From an uncultured Planctomycetota bacterium (GTDB taxonomy: Bacteria > Planctomycetota > Planctomycetia > Isosphaerales > Isosphaeraceae), in contig CAVTTN010000002.1 of the NCBI GenBank assembly GCA_963737655.1, positions 7,392,001 through 7,456,000 on the forward strand: a stretch of DNA of 64,000 nucleotides, in the 5' to 3' direction. Below, one piece after another: positions 30,221 through 42,025 of this stretch; position 1 is the first letter of the stretch; every line of letters starts with the position of its first letter. The position numbers were made by a program, and so were the translations under genes. Below the pieces are notes generated by a model. That model had not been told where the DNA came from and searched no databases. It saw only the letters and a program-made list of their open reading frames with translations.

Positions 30221-32368
30221 TCAAGAAACGATCGATTGGGCGCCGACGTCGGCCGACGCCCCATTGGCCGCGACGATCCGGCCCTGGACGGCCACCTGCA
30301 CCTGCCCCTTGACCGGCTTGACGAGGTGGATCGTGACCGTGTGCGTGGCGGGATCGTAGTTCGCCCCCGAGACGAAGACCGGCTTCTTGAATTGCACCGT
30401 CCGCTTCCGCCGGACCCCGAGGGCCAGAGAATAGAGCGAGGTATTGGAGGCCGAGCCGGCGTCCATCGACTCGTTGAAGTTGACGGACACCGAGGTGATC
30501 CCGCGCCGGGAATGGGTCACGTTCCCGATACCCGTCACCTGAGGAGGCGTCGGAGGCGGCGGCGGAGGCGGGGGTGGCGGGGGAGGTGTCGGCGTGGGCG
30601 TCGGGTTCGGGGTGGGTGTCGGGGTGGGCGTCGGAGTGGGTGTGGGTGTCGGGGTGGGCGTCGGAGTGGGTGTCGGAGACGGGGCGGGCGCCGGAGGGGG
30701 CGGCGGTGCGGGCGGATTCAACTCGGCCACGAAGACGCTGGACGTCCCCGCGTTGTGGAGCGTCTGGTTGCCGAACGTGGTCGCACCCTGGTAGGCGCCG
30801 ACCACCCCGACATGCCCGTTCGGGCTGACGGCGATCCCGCTGGGCTGGGTGTTGCCGTCGGGACCGCCGGCCGCCACGGCGGAGGTCAGGGCCCCGTTGG
30901 AGGAGTTGCCGTCGATCTGGAGCACGTAGAGGTTCAGGGCGCTGGTCGATTGACTCACCGGGTTGAGGACGACCGCACCGCTGGCGTCCTGCCCGTAGGT
31001 GGCCGAGCCGGAGAACTGTCCCTCGGCGTAGACATTATTGGAGGCGTCGATGGCGAGGCCGAGGCCGTCATTGCTCGTCCCGTAGGTCGGGTCGGTGTTG
31101 CCGCTGCCGAACCGGTTGGCCCACACGATTCGGATGTCGGGGTTGAACTTGGCGATGAAGGCGTTGGGTGCATCCTGCGCGCTGTCGAGCGTGTAGGAGT
31201 GGCCTCGGGGGTTGAAATCGACGCCATGCCCCTCGAACGTCCCGGTGATGTAGACGTTATTCTTGCTGTCGATGGCGATCCCGCTGGCGACGTCGTCGCC
31301 GCTCCCGCCGAAGGACTGGGCATCGACGAAGTTGCCGATCGAGGTGTTGTCCAGCTTCGTCAGGAAGATGTCATACCCGCCGTTATCGACGGCCGGTAGA
31401 TCCTGATTCGCGTCCGGGTTGAGGTTGACCTCGAACGAATCGCCCTGCAGATAGGAGCCGGTCGCGTAGACCGCACCGGTCGAGTCGATCGCCACCCCGT
31501 TGACGTTGGCGAGCTGGGCCCCGGCGGTCAGGTCCTTGGCGTAGATGAAGGACAGGTTGCCGTTGAACTTGGCGACGAACGCCTCGGTGTCGGAGTCCGA
31601 GTCGGTGCTCAACTCGCCGTCGATGCTGCCGGTGCCGGGCTTGAAGTCGATGGTGTTCTGGAACGACCCGCCGACGACGACGTTCTTGCCGGCGGGATCG
31701 ACGGCGATGGTGCTCCCCTGGTCGAACCCGCTGGAGCCGAAATCGACGGCGTTGGCGTAGGTGCCGTCGGCGTTGAGCTTCAGGAGGAAGAGGTCATCGC
31801 CGCCCGACGTGGGCGTGAGGACCTGGCTGTTGCCGACGGTCGGGTCGAAATTGACGGGGTCGGAGAACGTGCCGGTGACGAACACGTCCCCGGCCGAATC
31901 GACGGCCAGGGCATTGCCGATGTCGAACCCTCCGCCGCCGCCTCCGAAGGGATCGGCCGACTCGTGGAAGACGTCCACCCAGACCGGCGTGCCGCTCGGG
32001 GCGTACTTGGCCACGAAGATCTCGGGGTCCGAGCCCACGGTGGCCCTCTGGACGACGGCCCCGGAGGCGTCGGTGCCGAACTTCACGGTCCCCTGGAACT
32101 GGCCCGTGATGTAGAGGTTCCCCGACGAGTCCGTCGCCACGGGATTGCCGTGGCCGTTGGCGGCGTCGTCCTTGTAGCCGGCGACCTCGCCGATGTTGAT
32201 CAGCGGCCCGCCGATGGGGATGGCCGACGTGAAGGCCGCCGCGGCCATCAGGCAGCGGGCCTCGAAGGCCTCGATGCTCGGTCGCCGGCCCATCCGTCTT
32301 CCCCGCGAGGGGCGACCGGCCCGTCGTCGGCTGTCCCGCTCCCATCCCTGGATATCACGGTCGATCAT
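30221..32368 (-). CDS. Exported beta-propeller (SBBP-like repeat) protein with planctomycete-type N-terminal motif, Pro-Thr linker and basic C-terminal Ig-like domain
   Basis: RRMGRRPSIEAFEARCLMA; repeated (A/I)xDSSGNxYxTGxF...xFxAK(Y/F) units; (PT)n linker; about 105-aa C-terminal domain. Confidence 0.85.
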   Translation of the reverse strand: MIDRDIQGWERDSRRRAGRPSRGRRMGRRPSIEAFEARCLMAAAAFTSAIPIGGPLINIGEVAGYKDDAANGHGNPVATDSSGNLYITGQFQGTVKFGTDASGAVVQRATVGSDPEIFVAKYAPSGTPVWVDVFHESADPFGGGGGGFDIGNALAVDSAGDVFVTGTFSDPVNFDPTVGNSQVLTPTSGGDDLFLLKLNADGTYANAVDFGSSGFDQGSTIAVDPAGKNVVVGGSFQNTIDFKPGTGSIDGELSTDSDSDTEAFVAKFNGNLSFIYAKDLTAGAQLANVNGVAIDSTGAVYATGSYLQGDSFEVNLNPDANQDLPAVDNGGYDIFLTKLDNTSIGNFVDAQSFGGSGDDVASGIAIDSKNNVYITGTFEGHGVDFNPRGHSYTLDSAQDAPNAFIAKFNPDIRIVWANRFGSGNTDPTYGTSNDGLGLAIDASNNVYAEGQFSGSATYGQDASGAVVLNPVSQSTSALNLYVLQIDGNSSNGALTSAVAAGGPDGNTQPSGIAVSPNGHVGVVGAYQGATTFGNQTLHNAGTSSVFVAELNPPAPPPPPAPAPSPTPTPTPTPTPTPTPTPTPTPTPNPTPTPTPPPPPPPPPPPPTPPQVTGIGNVTHSRRGITSVSVNFNESMDAGSASNTSLYSLALGVRRKRTVQFKKPVFVSGANYDPATHTVTIHLVKPVKGQVQVAVQGRIVAANGASADVGAQSIVS
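30545..30712 (-). repeat. Low-complexity coding repeat encoding a poly-Pro/(Pro-Thr)n linker
   Basis: Translation PPAPPPPPAPAPSPTPTPTPTPT...NPTPTPTPPPPPPPPPPPTPP. Confidence 0.85.
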
Positions 32369-32517
32369 GGTCGTCCCGAAAGTAAGAAGCGCAAGCGGGC
32401 GGATCGCCTTCGTAGGGAAGGGATGGCACCGCCGCAGAAAGAGTCACGACGATCGAGGATCGCCCGGAGTGGCCCGGCCCCGAAGTCGCCCGGTTCGTTC
32501 GGGATCGTTCCGCTTCA

Positions 32518-32587
32518 AGAGACGCGGACAGAACGGGGACTGGCTCCTCGTACTCGGGGTGCCTGTCCCCCTTCTGTCCGCGTCTCT
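32518..32587. repeat. Family-C palindrome (30-bp arms, 27/30 matched; GGGGACTGGCTCC / GGTGCCTGTCCCC core)
   Basis: AGAGACGCGGACAGAACGGGGACTGGCTCC ... GGTGCCTGTCCCCCTTCTGTCCGCGTCTCT. Confidence 0.85.
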
Positions 32588-32889
32588 AGAGCGGGTCGTC
32601 CCGCTCGGCCCTGGCTTGGGATGCTCCGAGCGGGAGACCGCCTCGCCATCGAGGTTCGCAACCGGCCCGAAAGGTCCGACTGTCGAGGGGCCGGGCTCCC
32701 GGCGTCCAGCATTCACATCGTGTGATCGGAATTCCTACGGACTCGCCGCGAGAAATCCCGGCGGAAGCGGCACCCTTTGCAGGAGGAGATGCCACCTTTG
32801 AGGGCCGCTCGGCGCATGACGAGACGAGGCGAGGGCCCGAGGGAAAATCCCCCGGGGCCTCGCCCCGCACCCGGATGGAGCCTCGACTC

Positions 32890-34883
32890 CTACTTCACGA
32901 TGGCCGAGAACTCGCCCGAGGACGCCTGGCCGTTCGCCGCCGTGATCCCGGCGTGGGCGACGACCTGGAAGGTGCCCTTGGTCGGCTTCCTCAGCTTGAG
33001 AGTGACCGTGTGGGCGTTCGAATCGTAGGAGATCCCGCCGAGGTTCACGTGCTTGGAGAAGACCAGCTTGCGACGCTTCTTCACGCCGAGGGCCAGGCCG
33101 TAGAACCCCGGGGACTCGGCCGAAGTCTGGCTCAGGGCCTCGTCGAAGGCCAGGGTGATCGAGCTGATCTTCCCCTTCGAGCGGCCGATCCCGGCCACGC
33201 CCGAGACGTGCGGGGCCGGCGCCGGCAGGACCGTTCCGCCGCCTCCACCGGTGGCTCCGCCGCCTCCACCGGTGGCTCCGCCGCCTCCACCGGTGGTTCC
33301 GCCGCCTCCACCGGTGGTTCCGCCGCCTCCTCCGGTGGTTCCGCCGCCTCCTCCGGTCGGGGTCAACGTCCCGAGGAAGACGTCCACCGGGGCGAGCGGC
33401 CCGAGGACCTTGCCGGCGAGGGTCAGGTTCGGCGTGTAGGTGCCGGAGAACTCGGCCTTGCCGTCCTTGGTCACGGCGAAGTTGGCGAGCGCGTCTTCCC
33501 CCTCGCCTCCGTAGGCTTTCCCGGCGACGAACGCGCCGGTGTCGGCGTTGACCTGGGCCACGTAGAGATCGCCGTTGACCGTCTTCTCATTCGCCGGGTG
33601 GAGGACGATCGCGGCCGAGCCGTTCTGGCCGTACGAGGCGGCGGCGACGAACTGGCCGGCGAAATACAGGTTGTTGGACGCGTCGATCCCCAGGCCCACG
33701 ACCGTGTCGGAAGCCCCGGTCGTCGTGTCGGTGGCGGCCGAGCCGAAGCGATCGGCCCAGACGTTGTTCAGGGTCGAGTCGTACTTGGCGATGAAGGCGT
33801 CGGTGGTCCCTCCGGCGCTGTCGAGCGTCCGGCTGTCGCCCCCGGGGTTGAAGTTGACCGCCGAGCCCTGGAAGTTCCCGGCGACGTAGGCGTTGCCGGC
33901 CGAGTCGGTCGAGACGTCGATCGCCAGGGCCGACGATCCCGGGGAGGTGGAGGCGCCGATGAATTTCGGAGCGGCGGTGGGCGATCCCAAAGCGTTCAGG
34001 CGGACGATCACCGCGTTGCCCTCGTCGGTCACGCCGACGACGTACACGTTGTCCGAGGCGTCCAGGGCCACGCCCGTGCCCGACGCCCTGACTCCGGCCG
34101 ACACGCCGAGCTGGGCCGACCAAAGCTGGTGGAAGCTCGGGTCGAACTTCACGACGATCGCGTCGGTCGTCCCGGCCGGCGTGGAGGGGCGGGTGCCCTT
34201 GTCGCCGGTGGTCATCGTGAACTCGGAGCCGGAGAACGCCCCGGTCACGACCACGTTGCCGGCCGAGTCGAACGCGGCCCGGAGGAACGCGCCGTCGCCG
34301 CCGTCGTCGAAGACGCGGACGTTGTCCAGGTCGCCCGAGGGCTTCAGCCGGACGATGAAGGCGTCGCTGCCGCTGTCGGCCACCGAGTTGCCGGCGAACC
34401 GGGTCGAGGCGCCGGGGTCGAAGTCCGTCACGCCATCGACGGCCCCCACGGCCGTGACCGCGCCGGAGGAATCGATGATCAGGTCGGAGACCTGCCCGGC
34501 GACGGAGCCCGAGGCCGTGGACGACGGGTCCTTGGCCTGGAACGGGTCGGCCCAGACCAGGCTGCCGTCGGCCGAGTACTTGGCCACGAACGGGGTGCTG
34601 AGCTTGCCGCCGGTCAGGGCGGTGGCGGTCCCACCGTTCTGGGCGAAATTGACCTTGGTCCCGGAGAACGAGCCGCCGATATACGTATTGCCGGCGGCGT
34701 CCACCTTGGCCACGTTCACGGTGATGGTGTCGAAGCCCAGGGCGAAGGCCGAGGTCACGTCGATGGCCATCAGGGTCCGGCCTTCCATCGCCTCGACGCC
34801 GGGGCGGGCCCGGCGGGCGGTCGGGCGCGCAGGGGCCCTCGGCCCCGCGAGGGCGGGGCCGTCCGAATCGTTGGCTTGTTCAT
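32890..34883 (-). CDS. Second exported beta-propeller (SBBP-like) paralog with Gly-rich linker and the same C-terminal domain (probable frameshift near 34835)
   Basis: RRARPGVEAMEGRTLMA motif, SBBP-like repeats and (GGGGGTT)n linker. GAGAGG RBS + ATG 34883 (MNKPTIRTAPPSRGRG) is out of frame with the main ORF by one nt. Confidence 0.82.
33236..33357 (-). repeat. About six tandem 21-bp repeats encoding a GGGGGTT/GGGGGAT linker
   Basis: CCGCCGCCTCC(A/T)CCGGTGG(C/T)T units in tandem. Confidence 0.9.
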
Positions 34884-35262
34884 GAGTCGCGATCCTCTCT
34901 CGGACACTCTTGGGGGGGAAACTCCGGGCCGCGGCCTCCGAGGAGGCGCGGCGAAGCCCGTCCTTGGAGGACAGACGAACCACTCGCTCGCGTCGCGGCG
35001 AGCACGGGGCCTGAGGAGTCATCGGGCCCGGCGACCGACTTCCCGGCCGGCTGACCGGTCGCTTGGGGTTCCGATGATGGTCCGGCGGCGGGCCGATGTC
35101 AAGGAGGCGGATTGATGGGTTCAGGAGATCAAAAATTGATCCGAGAACACGTTCCAACCCCCGGCGGGACCGTCGCCCCGCCTCCTCAATAACTCGGGTC
35201 GAGGCGGGATGTTCCGGGCCGTCGTCAAGAATAGTGCGTTTTTTTCGAAACCCGGCCTCGCC

Positions 35263-36273
35263 TCAGCTCCGGGACGCCTCGACCGGATTGCTCAGCACGC
35301 CGATCCCCTCGATCGACGCCTCCACCACGTCTCCGGGCTTGAGGTACGTGCCGGAGGCCGAGCCCACGCCCTTGGGCGTCCCCGTCGAGATGACGTCGCC
35401 GGGTTCGAGCGTGACGAACTTCGAGAGGAACGCGATCACCGCCGCCACGGGGAAGACCATCTGGGCGGTCGAGGCCGATTGCTTCACGTCGCCGTTGACG
35501 GTCAGCCGCAGGGGGAGGTTCTGCGGGTCGATCCCGTCGGCCGAGACCACGCACGGGCCCATCGGGCAGAACGTGTCGTGCCACTTGCCGTGGAGCCAGT
35601 CAAAAAACTTGTCGCGCTCGCGGGGCTTCCGGCCGGGGTTGGGCGTGAACTTGCGGTCGGTGATGTCGTTGACGACCGTGAATCCGGCCACGAACCCCAA
35701 CGCCTCCGCCTCCGAGACGTCGCGGCAGGTCCGGCCGATCACCACGGCGAGCTCGCATTCCCAGTCGATGTGGTCGGGCGAGGCCGAGGGGATCACGATC
35801 GGGTCGCCGGGGTTGGTCAGGGTGGTCGAGGGCGGTTTCATGAAGACGTAAGGAAACGTCTCCTCGCGCTCGGCCGCCGTCCCGCCGCGCTCGACGACGT
35901 GCTCGGCGTAGTTCCCGGCCAGGAGGAAGATCTTGCTGGGCCGGGGGACCGGGACGAGCAGGCGGACGTCCTGGGTCGGGATCAACAGGTCCTCGCGGGC
36001 CGAGGGGTCGAGGGTGGCGACCCAGTCCCAGAGCCTCCGGGTGGGCCCGGCCGAGCCGCCGTCGGGCGGGAGGAGGTCGAGCAGGTCGTCGTCGGGCGCC
36101 AGCGGGAGCTCCTCGCCGGTGGCCTCGGCGAAGGCCTCCGCGGCCTGGTCGATCGAGATGACCGAGTCGTCCAGGAAGAAGCCGGCGAGGATCGTTTCCT
36201 CGATCCCGAACCGGCAGAGGCGAGGCGGCCCGGCGGACGGGTTGGGCGCGTCGGGACGGATGGCTGCGATCAT
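35263..36273 (-). CDS. Fumarylacetoacetate hydrolase family protein
   Basis: GNYAEH, P.VFMKP, IDWECELAVVIG, GFTVVNDIT.R, GK..DTFCPMGP and TLEPGDVISTGTPKGVG. Confidence 0.92.
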   Translation of the reverse strand: MIAAIRPDAPNPSAGPPRLCRFGIEETILAGFFLDDSVISIDQAAEAFAEATGEELPLAPDDDLLDLLPPDGGSAGPTRRLWDWVATLDPSAREDLLIPTQDVRLLVPVPRPSKIFLLAGNYAEHVVERGGTAAEREETFPYVFMKPPSTTLTNPGDPIVIPSASPDHIDWECELAVVIGRTCRDVSEAEALGFVAGFTVVNDITDRKFTPNPGRKPRERDKFFDWLHGKWHDTFCPMGPCVVSADGIDPQNLPLRLTVNGDVKQSASTAQMVFPVAAVIAFLSKFVTLEPGDVISTGTPKGVGSASGTYLKPGDVVEASIEGIGVLSNPVEASRS

Positions 36274-36318
36274 CGGCGGATGCTCCGGGGGGGGAATCTC
36301 CGAGGTCCGACCATAGCG

Positions 36319-37712
36319 TCAGCCGCCCTCTCCGGCAACCGCCCGGCGGACCGCCTCGAGGATCCGCCCGTCCTGGTCGTCGGGGATGGCCCGCAGGTCC
36401 AGGAGGACCGAGCCGGCCTCGATCCGAGGCACCACCGACGGCCGACCCGTCCTCAACCGGCGGGCCAGGGCCGCCTCGTCGGCGATTGAACCCGGCCACG
36501 GAGGGCCGATCCGCACCGCCCACGAGGCGATCCGGTCCGTGGGCACGCTCCCGCCTCCGAGGTAGGCCGAAGTCTCGACGGCCCGGGTCTCCAGGCCCGG
36601 ATTGGCCCGGAATTCGTCGGACAACCGCTCGGCGCGGCCCCGGAGTGCCTCCGCCGGGGTGGCCAGGAATCGCCAAAGCGGGACGGCCGATCCCCCGCGA
36701 TCGAGGATCACGCGCAACGTGGCTTCGAGGGCCGCGAGGGTCATCTTATCGACGCGAAAGGCCCTCATCAACGGGTCCGCCGTGAGCCGGGAGACCGTCG
36801 CCTTCGACCCCAGGATGATCCCGGATTGCGGCCCGCCCAGGAGCTTGTCTCCCGAGAACAGCACGAGGTCCGCGCCGGCCTGGAGACCTTCGCGGATCGT
36901 CGGCTCGTCGCGGACTCCGGGCGGGAGGGCCGAGTCGATCGCCCCGGAGCCGATGTCGTCGATCGCCAGGATTCCCCGGGATTTCGCCAATCGCGCAAGC
37001 TCGGCGATCGGCACCGATTCGGTGAAGCCGACCACGCGATAGTTGCTCGGATGGACCCTCATCAGCGCGGCGGTTTCGGGGGTGATCGCGCGCTCGTAGT
37101 CCGAGAGCCGTGTCTTGTTCGTCGTGCCGACCTCGCGGAGGATCGCGCCGGAAACGGCCAGGATTTCGGGCAGGCGGAACGATCCGCCGATCTCCACGAG
37201 CTGACCTCGCGAGACGATCACCTCGCGGCCGGACGACGTGGCGCGGAGGGCCAGGATCGTGGCGGCGGCGTTGTTATTGACGACCGCGGCGGCCTCGGCA
37301 CCGGTCAACTCGCGGAGGAGGCCGACCACCGACGAGGCCCGGGAGCCTCGCTCGCCGCTCTCCAGGTCGAATTCCAGGTTGCAATACCCCCGGGCGACGT
37401 TCGCCACGGCCTCCACCGCCTCGGGGCCGAGCGGCGCGCGGCCGAGCCCGGTATGGAGGAGGATGCCCGAGGCGTTGAGGACCGGGCGGAGGTTCGGGCC
37501 GTCGCGATCGAGGATCGCCAGGGCGTCCCGGGCGATCGAGCGGACGTCGATCGCGGGGGATCGGCCGTCCTGGATCGCCTCGCGGGCCCGGCCGATGGCC
37601 GATCGGACGGCCCGGAGCGAGGCGGGCCGCCCCCGGGCCTCGATCGCTCCTCGGATCTCCTCGGAGGCCATCACCAGATGGATCGCCGGCAAGGCCCGGA
37701 CGCCGTCGCCGG

Positions 37713-37716
<4 letters not shown>
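36319..37716 (-). CDS. selA: L-seryl-tRNA(Sec) selenium transferase (selenocysteine synthase)
   Basis: LNASGILLHTGLGRAPL, VVNNNAAA, SRGQLVEIGGSFRLP, EVGTTNKT, VHPSNY, FSGDKLLGGPQSG (PLP Lys) and RVDKMTLAALEATL; ATG 37716 overlaps the selB stop. Confidence 0.96.
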
Positions 37717-39656
<1,940 letters not shown>

Positions 39657-40183
39657 GGAACGCAAGTTGCAATGGGCGAGACCGACCCGGGCGCGAATCC
39701 CAGTCTACCCGAACCCGGGAGGCGGGGCGACGCCCGAGCGATTCCGGGGACTGGGCCCGGATGTTGCCTGCGGACGACACCGGAGTGAAACTCCCATGAA
39801 CGGCCGGCGATTACCGCGAATCGACCTTGACCGCTTCCCGGGCCTCACCGATACTGAGTCGCGGCCCGAGAACCCGGGGCCCGGATGACGCGCGGTCGTC
39901 CCTGCGGTGCCTCCCCCGCCGAACATCCTCGACCTAAACTCACCATGACGACCACGGCCGCCACGACCCGAGACGATGCCCGCCGGGAGAACCCCCCGGT
40001 CATTGTGAGGGTATGGGGCCGCCCCGTTCGCCGGTCCTCGTCGCGTCACGCGACGGGGGACCGTGCGTAAGCGAGGGCGGGCAGCCGACGGCTCCTCGCT
40101 TCCAACGATCGCCGTGACCAGTCGCAGGATGCGGCGTCTCGCGAGCCCCTCTAGCTCCCTGATCGATGGGGAAGATTCCACCG

Positions 40184-41884
40184 ATGATTTCCAACGTCTT
40201 CCTGCTAATCTTCGCGCTAGCCTTCATGGGATGCATCCTCGCCACCCCATTGGTGACCCGGGTGGCCGCCTGGGCCGGGGCCATTGACCGCCCCGACCAG
40301 TTCCGCCGGGTCCACAAGGGGGCCGTCCCCCGGATGGGCGGGCTGGGGGTGGCCGCCGGGCTCGCCCTGAGCATCCTGCCGGTCGTGGCCGGGGGCTACC
40401 TCCGGGAATGGCCGGTCTTCTCCGACTGGTGGTCGCGGCAATGGGCCGTGATCACCGCCACGGCGATCATCCTGGCCGTCGGCGTGGTGGACGACACCCG
40501 GGGGATGAAGCCGCGAATGAAGCTCCTGGGCCAGGCCGCCGCGGTCCTGGTCCTCTACATCGGCGGGATTCGGATCGCGGGGATCAGCCTGCTCGGCGTG
40601 CCGATCCCCCTGAGCTACCCCCTGACCTACGGCCTCGGCGGGCTCACGATCACGCTCGACATGCCCAGCCTGATGATCACGATGATCTGGTTCCTCGGCT
40701 GCATGAACGTCTGGAACCTGATCGACGGGATGGACGGCCTGGCCTCGGGCGTCGGCCTGCTCGTCAGCGGGACGCTGATGCTGGTGGCGATCCAGCAGGG
40801 CAATTACGGCTCGGCCGCCCTGGCCGCCGCCCTGGCCGGCAGCCTCGCCGGCTTCCTCCTGTACAACTGGCACCCGGCCTGCATCTTCCTCGGGGACACC
40901 GGCAGCCTCCTGATCGGCCTGCTGATCGGCGTGATCGGCGTCCAGGATTCGCTGAAGGGGACGACGGCCGTTTCGATCCTCTTCCCGGTCCTGGCGATGG
41001 GCTTGCCGATCTCCGACACGATGATGGCGATTTTCCGCCGCTGGGTCCGCAACCTGCCGCTCAGCTCGGCCGATCGCCGGCACGTCCATCACCTCCTGAT
41101 CGGCCTCGGTCTGAACCCGAGGCAGGCGGCGTTGCTGCTCTACTGCCTGACGGCGTTCCTCTGCGGAGGGGTGCTCCTGGGCGTGGCCTACAACAACGAA
41201 TTCCTCGCCCTGCTGCTCGGGCTCTCCGGCTGCCTGGCCTTCCTGCTGATCCTGACGAGCCGCCGGGACGAGCTGCAGACCCTCTGGTCGGACCTCCGGT
41301 CCCGGACCACTCGCAAGAAGCAGGAGAGGCACGCCGCGAAGGAGACCTGGGAAGCGATCCAGCGGATCGAGCTCTGCGAGACCCCCGAGGCGATCTGGCG
41401 GAACCTGCTGACGGCCGCGACCAACCTGGGGAGCGACGCGCTCCGGGTGATCTGCTACCGCCACGGCAAGCCGATCCTTCAGTTCGCCAGCGACGAGGGG
41501 CTCGGCCCTCGTTCCCAGCGACGAGGTGTCGGGGCCGACGGCCACTTTCCGACTCCCCAGCGGGCAAGACCTCCAACTGATCGTCTCGCTCCACCAGTCC
41601 AATGACTCGACGCTCCCGGCCGACATCGCGTTCCGGTCGCTCCAGAGGCTCTCGCTGGCGACGGTCCAGAGGCTCGAACGCCTGCTCGGGCCCGAGGAGC
41701 CCGGACCCCGGAGCGAGGCGACCGGGTCCGGGAGTCCGAGACGCTCGGTTCGGTCCCCTCGTCCGCGGTCCCGGCCGTCGCCCTGGCGAGGACGTCCTCG
41801 CCCTGGACCTCGCTCGCCTGGATTCGGGGCGCCCTGGGCCGGACCGGACCGATCGCCGGGCGATCGCTGGTGGGCGACGAATAA
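40184..41884 (+). CDS. WecA/TagO/MraY-family undecaprenyl-phosphate glycosyl-1-phosphate transferase with an extra C-terminal soluble domain (frameshift near 41500, possibly a second near 41730; 3' end approximate)
   Basis: VPRMGGL, GVVDD, NLIDGMDGLA, YNWHPACIFLGDTGS and ADRRHVHH; the tail continues in a shifted frame (SGPTATFRLPSGQDLQLIVSL...). Confidence 0.85.
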
Positions 41885-42025
41885 GGGCGTCTCGCAATCG
41901 GGGACGGGTAGCCCAATGCCCCTCCCCGCTTGCGAGGCACGGTAAGGCCGCGGGATCGGATGGATTGATCGCCGGAGGTCTGAGGCTCGCCGTTACGAGA
42001 CGACATCACGGAAGGGACGCGATTC

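Noticed and set aside
26606..31399. 1597-aa plus-strand ORF and many other long antisense or alternate-frame ORFs (e.g. 22844..25219, 41993..44305, 32722..35115)
   Set aside because: These are shadow ORFs opposite well-supported genes, expected from high GC and codon bias. They have no recognisable motifs.
39657..40183. Possible selC tRNA(Sec) next to selB
   Set aside because: I found no cloverleaf or CTTCAAA-type anticodon loop on either strand by eye; a covariance search would be needed to exclude it fully.
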